The position numbers and the translations under genes are program-made. A stretch of DNA of 64,000 nucleotides from Eledone cirrhosa (taxonomy: Eukaryota): contig OZ024742.1 in NCBI GenBank assembly GCA_964016885.1, forward strand, positions 310,372,001 through 310,436,000, written 5' to 3'. Below, piece after piece: positions 39,215 through 53,118 of this stretch (positions are counted from its first letter, which is position 1; each line of letters begins with the position of its first letter). Below the pieces are notes generated by a model. It worked only from the letters and a program-made list of their open reading frames with translations. It made no database searches and was not told the DNA's origin.

Positions 39215-39395
39215 TTATTTCTACTTTTGGCACAAGGCCAGCAATTATCCCAGTGCATTACTGGAACTTTATTTTATCGACCCCGTAAGGATGAAAGGCA
39301 AAGTCAACCTCGATAAGATTTGAACTCAGACCATAAAGAGACGTAACTATGCTGGAAACCATGGCGTCCGACCCTCTACCGATACTGCCAATATC
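39215..39395 (-). mobile_element. tRNA-derived SINE
   Basis: Reverse complement of the 16393-16575 family. Confidence 0.8.
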
Positions 39396-39699
39396 AATAA
39401 TAATAATAATAATTTCTCTCGATAAAATGCGAGATCCCTTTCGTTGGTGATGGTGAACAATCAGATGGTGCGATTCTTATACGAACTGTCTTGTGGTATT
39501 TAGTCCTTGCTGTTCTGTGAGAGGAAATCTCACTGCGTTCATCTTTACTTTCCAGTTATTCGAAAGCAAAAGAATAAGTATTATAAATAAAATTAAAAGT
39601 TAAGCACTGTTGATAAGATCTATCAGCCCCTCTCTCCCTACCAATAACAATTGTTGGACAGTGTCTTATTTAAAGACTATTATTAAAATATGGTGGAGG

Positions 39700-39995
39700 G
39701 CAGTGGATTGGCAGAATCGGTAGAGCGTCGGTCATTATCCTTAGCGGTATAGAATTACGAACCTTTTACGTTCTTAGTTCAAATCCCGCCGAGGTTAGCT
39801 TTGCCTTTCATCCTTACGGGGTCGATAAATAAAGTACCAGTAATGCACTGAGGTCGATTTAATCGAGTTTCCCCTCTCTCTAAATTGCTGGCCTTGTGTC
39901 TATAGTAGAAGTCTATATTAAAGGCTGGTCGGTTGGCAGAATCTATCGAGCGTCGGAAAAATGTTCAGCAATATTTGTTCTAACTCTTTACATTC
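39700..39995 (+). mobile_element. tRNA-derived SINE followed by a second SINE head
   Basis: TGGCAGAATCGGTAGAGCGTCGG..GTTCAAATCCCGCCGAGG..GCTGGCCTTGTG, then TTGGCAGAATC again at ~39933. Confidence 0.8.
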
Positions 39996-39999
39996 TGTC

Positions 40000-40740
40000 C
40001 CTTACTATTGTTGCTGTTGTTGTTGTCACTCTTGTTTGTTGATGTTACTCCGGGCGGCTAATATTGTTGTTGTCATTGTTGCTTTTGTTATTGTTGTCGT
40101 TGTTGCTGTTGTTATTGTTGTCGTTGTTGTTTTTGTTATTGTTGTCATTGTTGCTGTTTTTATTGTTGTCATTGTTGCTTTTGTTATTGTTGTCGTTGTT
40201 GTTGTTGTTATTGTTGTCATTGTTTCTTGTGTTATTGTTGTCGTTGTTGTTGTTGTTATTGTTGTTATTATTGCTGTTGTTATTGTTGTTTCCATTGATG
40301 TTGTTATTGTTGTTTCCATTGATCTTGTTATTGTTGTTTCTGTTATTGTAATGCTGTTGATGTTAGTGGTTATTGTTTGTTGTTTTAGAAGGATTAACGT
40401 TGACAAACATCTTACAACCACCAAAACTAACGCAGCAACCACTAACACCCCACTACCACCACAACAACAACCCTACCACCATCACAACCATAAACACCAA
40501 CACTAACACTGCAATCACCCCCACCACCAACAACAGCACAACCACTACCACCAACATCACCACCAATACCAACATAACCACCACCATCATCATCACCACC
40601 AAGAATACCCCCCCACCATCACTACCACCACCACCAACACCACCACCACCACCATCCCCACCATCACCACCACCACTGTCACCACCAACACCGCCACCAC
40701 TGTCACCACCAACACCGCCACTATCACCATCACCATCAAT
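40000..40740. repeat. (GTT/ATT) 21-bp minisatellite followed by (CAC/CAA) low-complexity tract
   Basis: Direct reading. Confidence 0.85.
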
Positions 40741-41004
40741 TCACTTTCCTTCTTTCTGGAAGAATAAGCTTTTAAAACCTGTGCCTTTCAAGGAATATTT
40801 CTAATGTAAAGCCTCTTCCTTCTTTTCCTTGCTGCTTGGCCTATTAACTTAAATAGACCGAAACACTTTATTTTACCCTAATTGTTTTATTTGCTTTTAT
40901 TTTCTATTTATTTTAAGCTTATTTTCTCATTTTTCTTTCGTTCATTTTTTTTCTTTTTCCCTCCCTTTGAAATTACGGAAGTGAAAAAAAAATTGTTATA
41001 ACTG

Positions 41005-41785
41005 CCTCTACTTTTGGCACAAGGCCAGAAATTATTCCAGTGGGTTACTGGTACTTTATTTTATCGACCCCGTAAGAATGAAAGGCAAAGGTAAACTCGG
41101 CGTGATTTGAACTCAGAACATAAAGGGCCAAGACTCTATGCTGCAAATCATGGTGTCTGACTGACGCTCTACCGATACTGCCAATCCACCACCCTAACAA
41201 TGTTATAACATGTTATAACCTTGGTAAACAACAAAAGTACATTAGTAACAACAACTACAACAACAGCAGCAGTAATAACGGTTTCTTATATAGGCACAAG
41301 ACCAGCAATTAAATCGATCCCCAGTGCATTACTGGTACTTTACTTTATCGACCCCGTAAGGATGAAAGGCAAAGTTAACCTCGACGGGATTTGAACTCAG
41401 AACGCAAAGGGCCATAACTCTATGCTGAAAAGCATGGTGTCAGACGCTATACCGTTACTGCCAATCCACCGCCATAACAATGTTATAAGATATGTTATAA
41501 CATATGTTAAACAACAAAAAGTACATTAGTAATAACTACAACAGTAATAACAAACAATAATTCATATTTTTTCTACTTTTGGCACAAGGCCAACAATTTG
41601 AAGGGAAGTTGAAAGTTCATTATATCGACCCCAGTGCGTCACTGGTACTTTATTTATCGACCCCGTAAGGATGAAACTCAAAGCTAACTCCCGCGGGATC
41701 TGAATGCAGTTTGTAAAGATACAGAACAGATACCGCAATAGCATTTTATCCGGTGCTCTACTAATCCTGCCAATCCTCCGCCTTT
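41005..41785 (-). mobile_element. Three tandem SINE copies (41005-41195, 41283-41475, 41568-41785)
   Basis: Each has GGTACTTTA..ATCGACCCCGTAAG.ATGAAA..GCCAATCC. Confidence 0.8.
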
Positions 41786-42208
41786 AAAATGTACCAGTAA
41801 TTTATTAAAGTCTAAACCAGAGTTTCTCAAAGTTTTTGAGCCACTAACCGCTCACGGCCACCTAATGCCCCCAACGCCAATGTGTAGAAGATAATATACA
41901 TACATGTCATAATGCAAGACAATAATTTGATGACGATATCTAAGCATTTCCAATCAATGACTTTATAATTAAATATTAAATATAAGCAACATAACCTGAT
42001 ACCCATAAACAAGTGAAACGTTTTAATATCATATTGTCAACAAATTATATTTTTGTTTATGTGTTTTTTTCACAAATTACTAATACACCCATCCCCTTCT
42101 GTATACATATATATATGTGTGTGTGTGTGCGTGTATGTGTGTGTGCGTGTGTGCGTGTGTGTGTATCTATATACACACACACGCACACGCACGCACATAT
42201 ATATGTAT

Positions 42209-42420
42209 ATAGGAAATGTATGACCCTGACGGCAGAGCTCAAGCCGTTTTGACGGCTATTTCTGGACTAAATGGTCAATTTAGTCCAGAAAAAGCCGTCG
42301 AAACGGCTTGAGCTCTGGCGTCGGTGTCATACATTTCCTATTACCCACTCTACTACCCTAATTATTGAGTACTCTGGTGCGTTATGGTCCATCTGGTTCC
42401 TTACAACAACTCCTTCGTTA
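42209..42420 (+). mobile_element. Fold-back mini-element, same family as 26200-26432
   Basis: Imperfect palindrome 42209-42341 plus the same tail, then (TA)n. Confidence 0.8.
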
Positions 42421-42584
<164 letters not shown>

Positions 42585-43056
42585 TCAACAAAGAGAGGAC
42601 CAAACAACGAACGAAACAAGGCAAAATGAAAATCAATTTTTTATGGGGAAACCTTAAAATTTGCTTTTTGAAAATAAAAATACAAAGGAAAAACGTAGAA
42701 CTCCAGATTCATCGGCCGTTGAAGTGAACTTTAATAGTTTCGACCCCTACTAACGGTGTGGCTTTTTTCTAAAGTATCATATAATATCCTCATACCGCCT
42801 CGTTTGTCTTCTTTCATGCATATTAGACTACCCTATTATTCTCTTCTGTTTTATAAATGTTTTCCCTTTGTGTGTTTTCTACTTTGGCTAAGTTCTCGCA
42901 TATTTTCTCACGTCTTTGTCATTTGATTCATTTGCCTAGTTGTCACTTTGAGAGTAAGCACTATAATAAAACCACTTGTTGAACCCCTACCACAACATTT
43001 AGATTAAGCTATCTGTATTCTTCAAACCACTCTCTCCCATTTCTCCTACCCCTACA

Positions 43057-43112
<56 letters not shown>

Positions 43113-43454
43113 TCTCTATTCCTTTTCTACTCTATCTTCCCCAATTACCCCCTTTAAGAAATACAAATAAATCATAATCCAGCCATTCGTTCTGAAGAAT
43201 TGGTGGCATGAACAGCATTTGAAAATTGAGTATCTACAAATAAATAACTAACAATTTGCATATAGCATGACTAGGCTGTGTAACCACTAAATAAACATTT
43301 GTAAACATTCGGAATAAATTACCTTTTTATGATGTCTACCTGTTTTATTAATCATTCTTTATATATATATATTCAAAATGGGAGGTGCGTATATATAACA
43401 AAGAAGGTGTGGTAAGACACCAGGTGGATCTAGCTGTCGAAACAGCCGGAGCTG

Positions 43455-43520
<66 letters not shown>

Positions 43521-43522
<2 letters not shown>

Positions 43523-43705
43523 CAGAGTTGTGGTAAGGAACCAGATGGACCATAACGCACCAGAGTATTCAATACTTAGGGTAGTAGAGTCGGTAATAGG
43601 AGAGAGTATGACCCCGACGGCAGAGCTCAAGCCGTTTCAACGGCTAGTTTTGGACTTTAATCCAGAAATAGCCGTCGAAACGGCTTGAGATCTGCCGTCG
43701 GGGTC
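43521..43705 (-). mobile_element. Fold-back mini-element, same family, opposite orientation
   Basis: Tail first, then arms GACCCCGACGGCAGAGCTC...GAGATCTGCCGTCGGGGTC; (TA)n on both sides. Confidence 0.8.
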
Positions 43706-43716
43706 TATATATATAT

Positions 43717-44150
43717 ATTGGGTTGGACAGAGGGTTCTCACAGTTTTTCAAAAGGAGGTATTTTGGTAGAGTTTTATGGAAATGTTGAAGGTTACGCATG
43801 CACACATGCTTGAGAAGAGCCGTTGGTATGTACTATGTTCATTTCTCAATATCTATTACGTCGTCAAAGAGGAAGCAACTTGAATCTATCCAAATCATTT
43901 GTTTTTAGCTTTTTACTTTAAGATTTCAAATCTGGCCTAAGCTCAGCAGCATCGACCCGTCACATTAACAATGCATTTGGGCAAACACCATATTTGAACA
44001 CAATGCTAGGGACTGGTTCGCACGCTTCCGTTCCGGAGATTACAGTCTTGAAGATCGACCTAGCGTAGGAAGTCCATCTGATTTCAATGATGAGCAACTG
44101 CGTGAGTTGGTGGAAGCCGATCCACTGTCGGTGTGTGTCTAAAGACATTC
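43717..44150 (+). mobile_element. 5' fragment of a second mariner family
   Basis: Begins TATTGGGTTGG. Manual translation gives INNAFG..RDWFARFRSGDYSLEDRPSVGSPSDFNDEQLRELVEADP (mariner HTH and linker). Confidence 0.75.
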
Positions 44151-44675
44151 AAGCCACATGCCCATATTATTAGGGCTGTGATCTCTTAATTCGGAGAAAT
44201 AGCGGTTTTACCTCGTGTGACTCTCTGATCTCAGAACTACGTACTTTATCGAGTAACGTTACTCCAAAGACCCTCCAGAGGAATCTCATTTCGGCCGCTT
44301 GTATTCGCCATCATATTCTTTAGGTCATTATCCAAGATTCATGACCATAGTTTAGGCTGAAATGAATAACAAATTGAAGATAGCGAGTTTGCCTTTGACG
44401 CCTACCTCTCTTCTGATGACAGCATACCGAAGCTGGTGCATTACTGCAGCAGCTCCCGTAATTCTTGCACTTAATTCAGCTTCCTGCTTTCCATCACTTG
44501 TGAACACGGTCCCGGGGTACTTGAACTTCTCCACCCAACTCAGTGGAACTCCACTCACATGTAGAGTGCATTGCGCAGGTTTCCTTGGGAGGACGAGCGT
44601 CTCAGTTTTCGTAGCACTGATTTTCATTCCAACCATGTAGCACTCGGCATCAAACCTATCAAGTTCAATTCGGAG
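44150..44675 (-). mobile_element. RTE-clade LINE fragment (RT C-terminus)
   Basis: GMKISATKTE, VEKFKYPG, YGHESW, IQAAEMRFL, YGHV. Confidence 0.8.
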
Positions 44676-44742
44676 TAATAGATTATTCCAATTCCATACA
44701 TACATACATACATACATACATACATACATACATAAACACGCG

Positions 44743-44841
<99 letters not shown>

Positions 44842-45412
44842 ACACGCACATATATATATATATATATATAAGGATATATACAAGTATATGGTTGAATACA
44901 TGCATATATTTATTCATAAATATATGTAGTGGTTTATTTTTATTATTTATTTATAAATATGCATATTATCGCTATGTATGTGTACTTGCTTCAATGAACT
45001 TGGTAATTTGATAGTGTATATACATGCAAAAGTTTGCCTACATTTCCCAATATGTTTTGTGGTGTAGGTGTATGAGTAGTTGCATGTGTGTATGCGTGAT
45101 ATGGTTTCAAATCCAAGTATGTGTGCATGTGTGGCATCTAGACTGAATTAGAAGGCGACTCAGTTTTTCTTTACATGTAATGTGATGTTATGCGCTCCGC
45201 CTTGTCAGGCGTATTTTATTTACTATGTACTTCAGTTTTAACTTCACATCACCGATTACAGATTATTAATTTACAACGTGACATCAACATCATCATCATC
45301 ATTATTATTATTATTATTATCACTACTACTATTTTTCAAGTGTATTACATCGTTGTGAGTACACCCACCTACAGAAATAAATAAATACATGCATACATAT
45401 ATATATATACAT

Positions 45413-45515
<103 letters not shown>

Positions 45516-45520
45516 CATAT

Positions 45521-45587
<67 letters not shown>

Positions 45588-45801
45588 CATACATATATAT
45601 ATATGTGTGTGTGTGTGTGTCTACATATTTTAATTAAGAGAAATATATTGTCAGAAGGAAGAGACGATATAGCATTGAAAGTATTTAGAATTTGGATATT
45701 TTATTCGCTGAGATATGCTATTAATCTGCTCTTTAAATTTAAACCATTTTGATATAATACAATATAACATAATATATATATATATATATGTGTGTGTGCG
45801 C

Positions 45802-45842
<41 letters not shown>

Positions 45843-45843
45843 C

Positions 45844-45900
<57 letters not shown>

Positions 45901-45974
45901 CGTGTGTGTGTGTTTGTAGTGCGTGTGTGTATGTGTGTGTAGTGTGTGTGTGTTTAGTTGTATTTCGTAATAAA

Positions 45975-47050
45975 TCCAAGTAGGCAGAGCACTCAATCTA
46001 GGGGAGGAGTTGTATTATATGAAATACTTTATTTCATCAAAAATACAGTATCCGAATATACGTGTTTCACTAGGAGAATCTAAATATACCCTCCCAGTTC
46101 ATCAGTTCCACCATATTGAAATGAATTCTGATTTTGTTTAGTCCTTCTTTCATCAATGAGTTCCATAGAAAGGGGCGATCATATTTTGTGGTTAGGTGAG
46201 TGAAAAGACTAAAATCCCTTTTTTTAAGTTAGAGGTGAAGGGAGATAACTTAAGTCAAGCTTATAGTTTATTGCAAGATTTAGAATCTAGAATCTACAAT
46301 CTGAGGTGAGGAGTCATGGTGAAGGAGAGGTCACCTCACGGGGCTAGTTCAATTTTAATCAGAGAGCTTCTCCATGTCAGAGGGTTTATAGAAATTAATT
46401 TTTCATACAGAGAGGAGACGTGTGCATCAAGGTGTGTTATTTATGTACTGTGTACGAAATAATTTTAACCTGTTTTTTTAAAAGTATTTATTTGAACGTG
46501 TGTGTGCAGCGATTGACGAAGCCTGTTCTTAGATTTAAACATTGTTTGTATTTCATAGTTTGTATTACATTCTTGTATTTCATCTGTGTATGACTTACAC
46601 GACTTCGATCCGTTTGTGTAGGGATTAGATCCTTCTACAATCCTCCAATGAATTGAGAAATTTGTCGCTAACTTTGACGATTCACACGTGGCTTTCAAGT
46701 AACGTGGCACACCTCTTGTCTGGGTGTCTAAAGGTTGTTTCGGGATTAACGAAACGACCTTGAAAACGACTCTCCGGCATTACCACATACGTCTTAACCT
46801 CCTGCTGTTAGTTCAGTTGAGTCGAAGTGATTTCTGTTTCATATACCAAGACAGGTATGTTGCTTTCTTGCTAAAGGGGGGCTTGTGTCAGGTCTTCTGC
46901 ATCAGCAGTCTGGTGCGCAGAAGCTCATAAGTTTATTGGTAATATGGGAGTTAATACTTTTTGCTCAAGAGTACTCAGACCTGGAATATATAATGCAAAG
47001 AATTCTATTTGATGTTCTGATAATTCTGTTACTTCTTTGCTGGTATGGAT
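45975..47050 (-). mobile_element. Degenerate PLE 3' remnant (GIY-YIG C-terminus plus hammerhead-bearing end)
   Basis: FSIHWRIVEGSNPYTNGSKSC at 46590-46670 resembles the PLE GIY-YIG tail; boundaries approximate. Confidence 0.55.
46054..46108 (-). ncRNA. Type I hammerhead ribozyme fold
   Basis: Minus strand: GAA-CTGATGA-ACTGGGAG(14 nt)CTCCTAGT-GAA-ACACGTAT-A-TTC. 8-bp stem II; stem I only 3 bp. Confidence 0.65.
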
Positions 47051-47669
47051 ATGTGATACAAGTTTCTATTGTTCCCTTATCTTAACGTGTATTTTTGTTT
47101 AGGAAATTGATCTTAAAAACTACGCTCATATTTTCTCACTTTTGTTCAATTTTCTCTTCTTTCTAAGTTTATATATTCGTCATCATTTGCGTTGTCTCCT
47201 AAATCACAACATTTTAATTCACGTTACTTCAATCCACATGGCTGGTAAAAAGGAGTTATTTCTGCATTTCAAAATGCAAGCTTTGTCACCAAGTGTCATG
47301 TAGAAGCTTCCTGAAAACTACGTTATTAGTGGGATGGATATGTCTGTGGAATGTTGAGTCACTTACACGTTAATTTCAGGCAGTTATTAGATTTTTGGAG
47401 TTTGGTTGAATTTAGCTTCTAGCCGGGAATGTTCTTAGCGTTTCTTAAACATACGACATTAAAAAAACAAACATTGACATTGTTAACTGCAATAGAAACA
47501 AGAAATAAATAATACTGCAGTATCATCAACAGCAAATATTTATAATATTTACACCCACAAATATTTGCACGCACACATACATGCATAAATACATATATAT
47601 ATACATACATACATACATGCATACATATATACATGCATACATACATATATACATACATACATACATACA

Positions 47670-47703
<34 letters not shown>

Positions 47704-48234
47704 CATGCATACATATATACATACATTCATATATACATACATATATACATGCATACATACATACTTACATAAATACAATATATATACATATATATATATT
47801 ATATATATACATGCATACATACATTTCTACATGCATACATGCATTCATACATACTTATATACATACATACTTACATACATACATAGAAGTATACATACAT
47901 GTATGCATACATACATACATGTATGTATAAATTCATACATACATTCATACATATCTGCATATATGTATTTTTGAGTGTGTATATAATTATACATACGTAT
48001 ATGCATGTTTATATTTATGCTCGTCTTTGTATGTGTATGTGCGTATGTGCGTATGTGGATATGTGGATGTGTGTGTGTGTGTAAAGAGAGAGTGAAGAGG
48101 GACGATAGAAAGTGGTAGATGGGTGTGTGGAGAGGGTTGGTGAGAGTGCTATTATATATGTGAGATCGCGACGCTACTTCTAAAGAGAGGGTAAATTAAG
48201 TGGAACACACGACTGTCTTTTTTTTTAAACAAAC

Positions 48235-48815
48235 AATAATAACATCAGAAGCAAGTATATTGTCGTCAATGACACGAGTAGCGGCAGCAGCAGCAGCAGC
48301 AGCAACAAAAGCAGCTGCAGCAGAAGCAGCAGCAACAGCAGCCACAACAACAACATCAAAAGTAACTGTACTGTCATCAACAACACGAACAGCAACTATA
48401 ACAACAACCACAGCAGCAATAACATCAAAAGCAACTGCAAAGTCGTCAACAACACGAATAGCAACGACAGCAACACAAGAAGCAGGAACCACAGCAACAG
48501 CAACAACAATAACAATAACAATAACAATAACAATAACACTGACAACATCAAAAGCAACTGTATTTAGACAACATGATTAACAACAATAACAATATCAGCC
48601 ACCAGCACCACCATAGCCACAACAACAACATAAACAGCAGGAACGACAGCAACAACAGCAACAACAATAACAATTACAACAACAACAACAACAACAACAA
48701 CAATAACAACAACACTGACAACATCAAAAACAACTGAATTTAGATAACATGATTAACAACATCAACTACTAGCACCACCATAGCCACAACAACAAAAACA
48801 ATAACAGCAACAACT
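48235..48815. repeat. (AAC/AGC/AAT) trinucleotide-derived tract with an internal ~180-bp duplication
   Basis: AACACTGACAACATCAAAA..TTTAGA..ACATGATTAACAAC at ~48535 and ~48711. Confidence 0.8.
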
Positions 48816-48999
48816 GGCGGAACAAGGGAAGCAAATGAAGAGCAGTGAAATAAAAGCGCAACAAATACACCCCGTCCCATCTACCATCACCCCATCAAAA
48901 TAGTACGGACAAACAAGAGGGTATGTTGATGTAAATGAGGTGGTTCTGAACAACAGTGTGAACAATATGAAAGTGACGCCATCGTCTTATTAACAATGG

Positions 49000-49630
49000 T
49001 ATGGACGCCAAAGATTAATTACTATGGTGACTGCGATATCTGGAGTTATAATTCCGCCCTATGTAGAGTGATACATCTGGCGTTATGAGATACTAGATGT
49101 TGTGACACCTTCTCTAGAGCAGACATGTCAAACTGAGTGTCCCCCGAAGGCCACATGAGTCACATATGTGTTGTCTGAGGGCCACATACGACAAATAATT
49201 GTGCACATTACAACTAACTTTTTAAATTTTATATTACGAAGATAAAACACCCTTGCGCTGCGCTGTAGAAATCTTTGTGCGGGCCGCAGATGTGCTTGTA
49301 AAGGGCCGCATGTGGTCCGTGGGCCGCATGTTTGACATACCTGCTCTAGAGGTAATCTGGTGCATTTGGCTACCAGCCAAGGAATCGTTGCCCGCCATGT
49401 TGAAGAGGGCAAACTTTCCAAGTATCGGCCGCTCTCTGATAGGTTTGTGGTAGAGCCTATAGCAGTGAAGACCTCCGGCATTCTTGACACCAGGACCACA
49501 CCTCTGCTCACGGCTATCAGAGCGGAGTTGGCTACACGCATGTGCAGAGTCCCATGAGGTGGAGTGGCTATTCCAGTGCATTTCCCTCGCCGTCCTCCGA
49601 GGCAATGTATTTTCCATCATGTGGGCCGGG
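49000..49630 (+). mobile_element. CRE-like non-LTR element 3' fragment (restriction-like endonuclease), interrupted by a hAT MITE
   Basis: With the MITE removed it reads DTRCCDTF..EEGKLSKY..FVVEPIAVKTSG..WLFQCISLAVLRGN, typical of CRE-clade RLE ends. Confidence 0.65.
49120..49343. mobile_element. hAT (Charlie/Buster-type) MITE, 224 bp
   Basis: TIRs CAGACATGTCAAAC / GTTTGACATACCTG; perfect 8-bp TSD CTCTAGAG at 49112-49119 and 49344-49351. Confidence 0.9.
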
Positions 49631-49724
49631 AGCAAGAGGTGGAGGGTAAATTAGTTGGAGGTGAATGATATGCATACATACACATATACAAAGGTGGTTA
49701 CTGATAAGAAGGAGCAATTGCATT

Positions 49725-52700
49725 AAGTAGCATCCCATGTAGGCAGCCATATCGGGTGTTATATCCACATTGAATAGCATCCCATGTTGATTACCACATC
49801 TTGAGTTATAACTACATGGAGTAGCATCCCATGTTGACAACCACATCTAGATTTATAACTACATAGAGTAGCATCCCATGTTGACTACCACATCTAGATT
49901 TATAACTACCTTAAGTAGCATCCCGTGTTGACAACCACATCTAGAGTTATAACTACATTGAGTAACATCCCATATTGACTACCAAATCTAGAGTTATAAC
50001 TACATGGAGTAGCATCCCATGTTGACTACCACATCTAGATTTATAACTACATGGAGTAGCATCCCATGTTGACTACCACATCTAGATTTATAACTACATT
50101 GAGTATTATCCCATGTTGACTACCACATCTAGAGTTATAACTACCTTAAGTAGCATCCCATGTTGACTACCACATCTAGATTTATAACTACATTGAGTAT
50201 TATCCCATGTTGACTACCACATCTAGAGTTATAACTACCTTAAGTAGCATCCCATGTTGACTACCACATCTAGATTTATAACTACATTGAGTATTATCCC
50301 ATGTTGACTACCACATCTAGAGTTATAACTACCTTAAGTAGCATCCCATGTTGACTACCACATCTAGATTTATAACTACATTGAGTATTATCCCATGTTG
50401 ACTACCACATCTAGAGTTATAACTACCTTAAGTAGCATCCCATGTTGACTACCACATCTAGATTTATAACTACATTGAGTATTATCCCATGTTGACTACC
50501 ACATCTAGAGTTATAACTACCTTAAGTAGCATCCCATGTTGACTACCACATCTAGATTTATAACTACATTGAGTATTATCCCATGTTGACTACCACATCT
50601 AGAGTTATAACTACCTTAAGTAGCATCCCATGTTGACTACCACATCTAGATTTATAACTACATTGAGTATTATCCCATGTTGACTACCACATCTAGAGTT
50701 ATAACTACCTTAAGTAGCATCCCATGTTGACTACCACATCTAGATTTATAACTACATTGAGTATTATCCCATGTTGACTACCACATCTAGAGTTATAACT
50801 ACCTTAAGTAGCATCCCATGTTGACTACCACATCTAGATTTATAACTACATTGAGTATTATCCCATGTTGACTACCACATCTAGAGTTATAACTACCTTA
50901 AGTAGCATCCCATGTTGACTACCACATCTAGATTTATAACTACATTGAGTATTATCCCATGTTGACTACCACATCTAGAGTTATAACTACCTTAAGTAGC
51001 ATCCCATGTTGACTACCACATCTAGATTTATAACTACATTGAGTATTATCCCATGTTGACTACCACATCTAGATTTATAACTACATTGAGTAGCATCCCA
51101 TGTTGACTACCACATCTAGATTTATAACTACATTGAGTATTATCCCATGTTGACTACCACATCTAGATTTATAACTACATGGAGTAGCATCCCATGTTGA
51201 CTACCACATCTAGATTTATAACTACCTTAAGTAGCATCCCATGTTGACTACCACATCTACAGTTATAACTACATGGAGTAGCATCCCATGTTGACTACCA
51301 CATCTACAGTTATAACTACATGCAGTAGCATCCCATGTTGACTACCACATCTAGATTTATAACTACATAGAGTAGCATCCCATGTTGACTACCACATCTA
51401 CAGTTATAACTACATGGAGTAGCATCCCAGGTTGACTACCACATCTACAGTTATAACTACATGGAGTAGCATCCCATGTTGACTACCACATCTAGATTTA
51501 TAACTACATAGAGTAGCATCCCATGTTGACTACCACATCTACAGTTATAACTACATGCAGTAGCATCCCATGTTGACTACCACATCTACAGTTATAACTA
51601 CATGGAGTAGCATCCCATGTTGACTACCACATCTACAGTTATAACTACATGCAGTAGCATCCCAGGTTGACTACCACATCTAGAGTTATAACTACATGGA
51701 GTAGCATCCCAGGTTGACTACCACATCTAGAGTTATAACTACATTGAGTATTATCCCATGTTGACTACCACATCTAGATTTATAACTACATAGAGTAGCA
51801 TCCCAGGTTGACTACCACATCTAGAGTTATAACTACATTGAGTATTATCCCATGTTGACTACCACATCTAGATTTATAACTACATGGAGTAGCATCCCAT
51901 GTTGACTACCACATCTAGATTTATAACTACATAGAGTAGCATCCCATGTTGACTACCACATCTAGATTTATAACTACATTGAGTATTATCCCATGTTGAC
52001 TACCACATCTAGATTTATAACTACATTGAGTAGCATCCCATGTTGACTACCACATCTAGATTTATAACTACATTGAGTATTATCCCATGTTGACTACCAC
52101 ATCTAGATTTATAACTACATGGAGTAGCATCCCATGTTGACTACCACATCTAGATTTATAACTACCTTAAGTAGCATCCCATGTTGACTACCACATCTAC
52201 AGTTATAACTACATGGAGTAGCATCCCATGTTGACTACCACATCTACAGTTATAACTACATGCAGTAGCATCCCATGTTGACTACCACATCTAGATTTAT
52301 AACTACATAGAGTAGCATCCCATGTTGACTACCACATCTACAGTTATAACTACATGGAGTAGCATCCCAGGTTGACTACCACATCTAGAGTTATAACTAC
52401 ATGGAGTAGCATCCCAGGTTGACTACCACATCTAGAGTTATAACTACATTGAGTATTATCCCATGTTGACTACCACATCTAGATTTATAACTACATAGAG
52501 TAGCATCCCAGGTTGACTACCACATCTAGAGTTATAACTACATTGAGTATTATCCCATGTTGACTACCACATCTAGATTTATAACTACATGGAGTAGCAT
52601 CCCATGTTGACTACCACATCTAGATTTATAACTACATAGAGTAGCATCCCATGTTGACTACCACATCTAGAGTTATAACTAAATGGAGTAGCATCCCATG

Positions 52701-53118
52701 TTGACTACCACATCTAGATTTATAACTACATAGAGTAGCATCCCATGTTGACTACCACATCTAGAGTTATAACTACATGGAGTAGCATCCCAGGTTGACT
52801 ACCACATCTAGAGTTATAACTACATTGAGTATTATCCCATGTTGACTACCACATCTAGAGTTATAACTACATAGAGTAGCATCCCATGTTGACTATCACA
52901 TCTAGATTTATAACTACATGGAGTAGCATCCCATGTTGACTACCACATCTAGAGTTATAACTACATGGAGTAGCATCCCATGTTGACTACCACATCTAGA
53001 GTTATAACTATATTGAGTATTATCCCATGTTGACTACCACATCTACAGTTATAACTACATTGAGTAGCATCCCATGTTGACTACCACATCTACAGTTATA
53101 ACTACATTGAGTATTATC
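49725..53118. repeat. 47-bp tandem satellite, ~70 units, with higher-order repeats
   Basis: Unit AGTAGCATCCCATGTTGACTACCACATCTAGA(T/G)TTATAACTACAT(T/G/A)G; 94-bp dimer x10 at 50101-51040. Confidence 0.97.

Noticed and set aside
39961-40804. Hydrophobic and Pro/Thr-rich ORFs resembling membrane or mucin proteins (also 48196-48580)
   Set aside because: Trinucleotide low-complexity DNA open in several frames, with no splice or domain evidence.
43193-43235. CTGAAGA..GAAA spacing like a hammerhead
   Set aside because: Stems I and III do not pair and stem II is poor.
49725-53118. CRISPR-like regular array
   Set aside because: Units are contiguous with no unique spacers, and there are no cas genes; it is a satellite.
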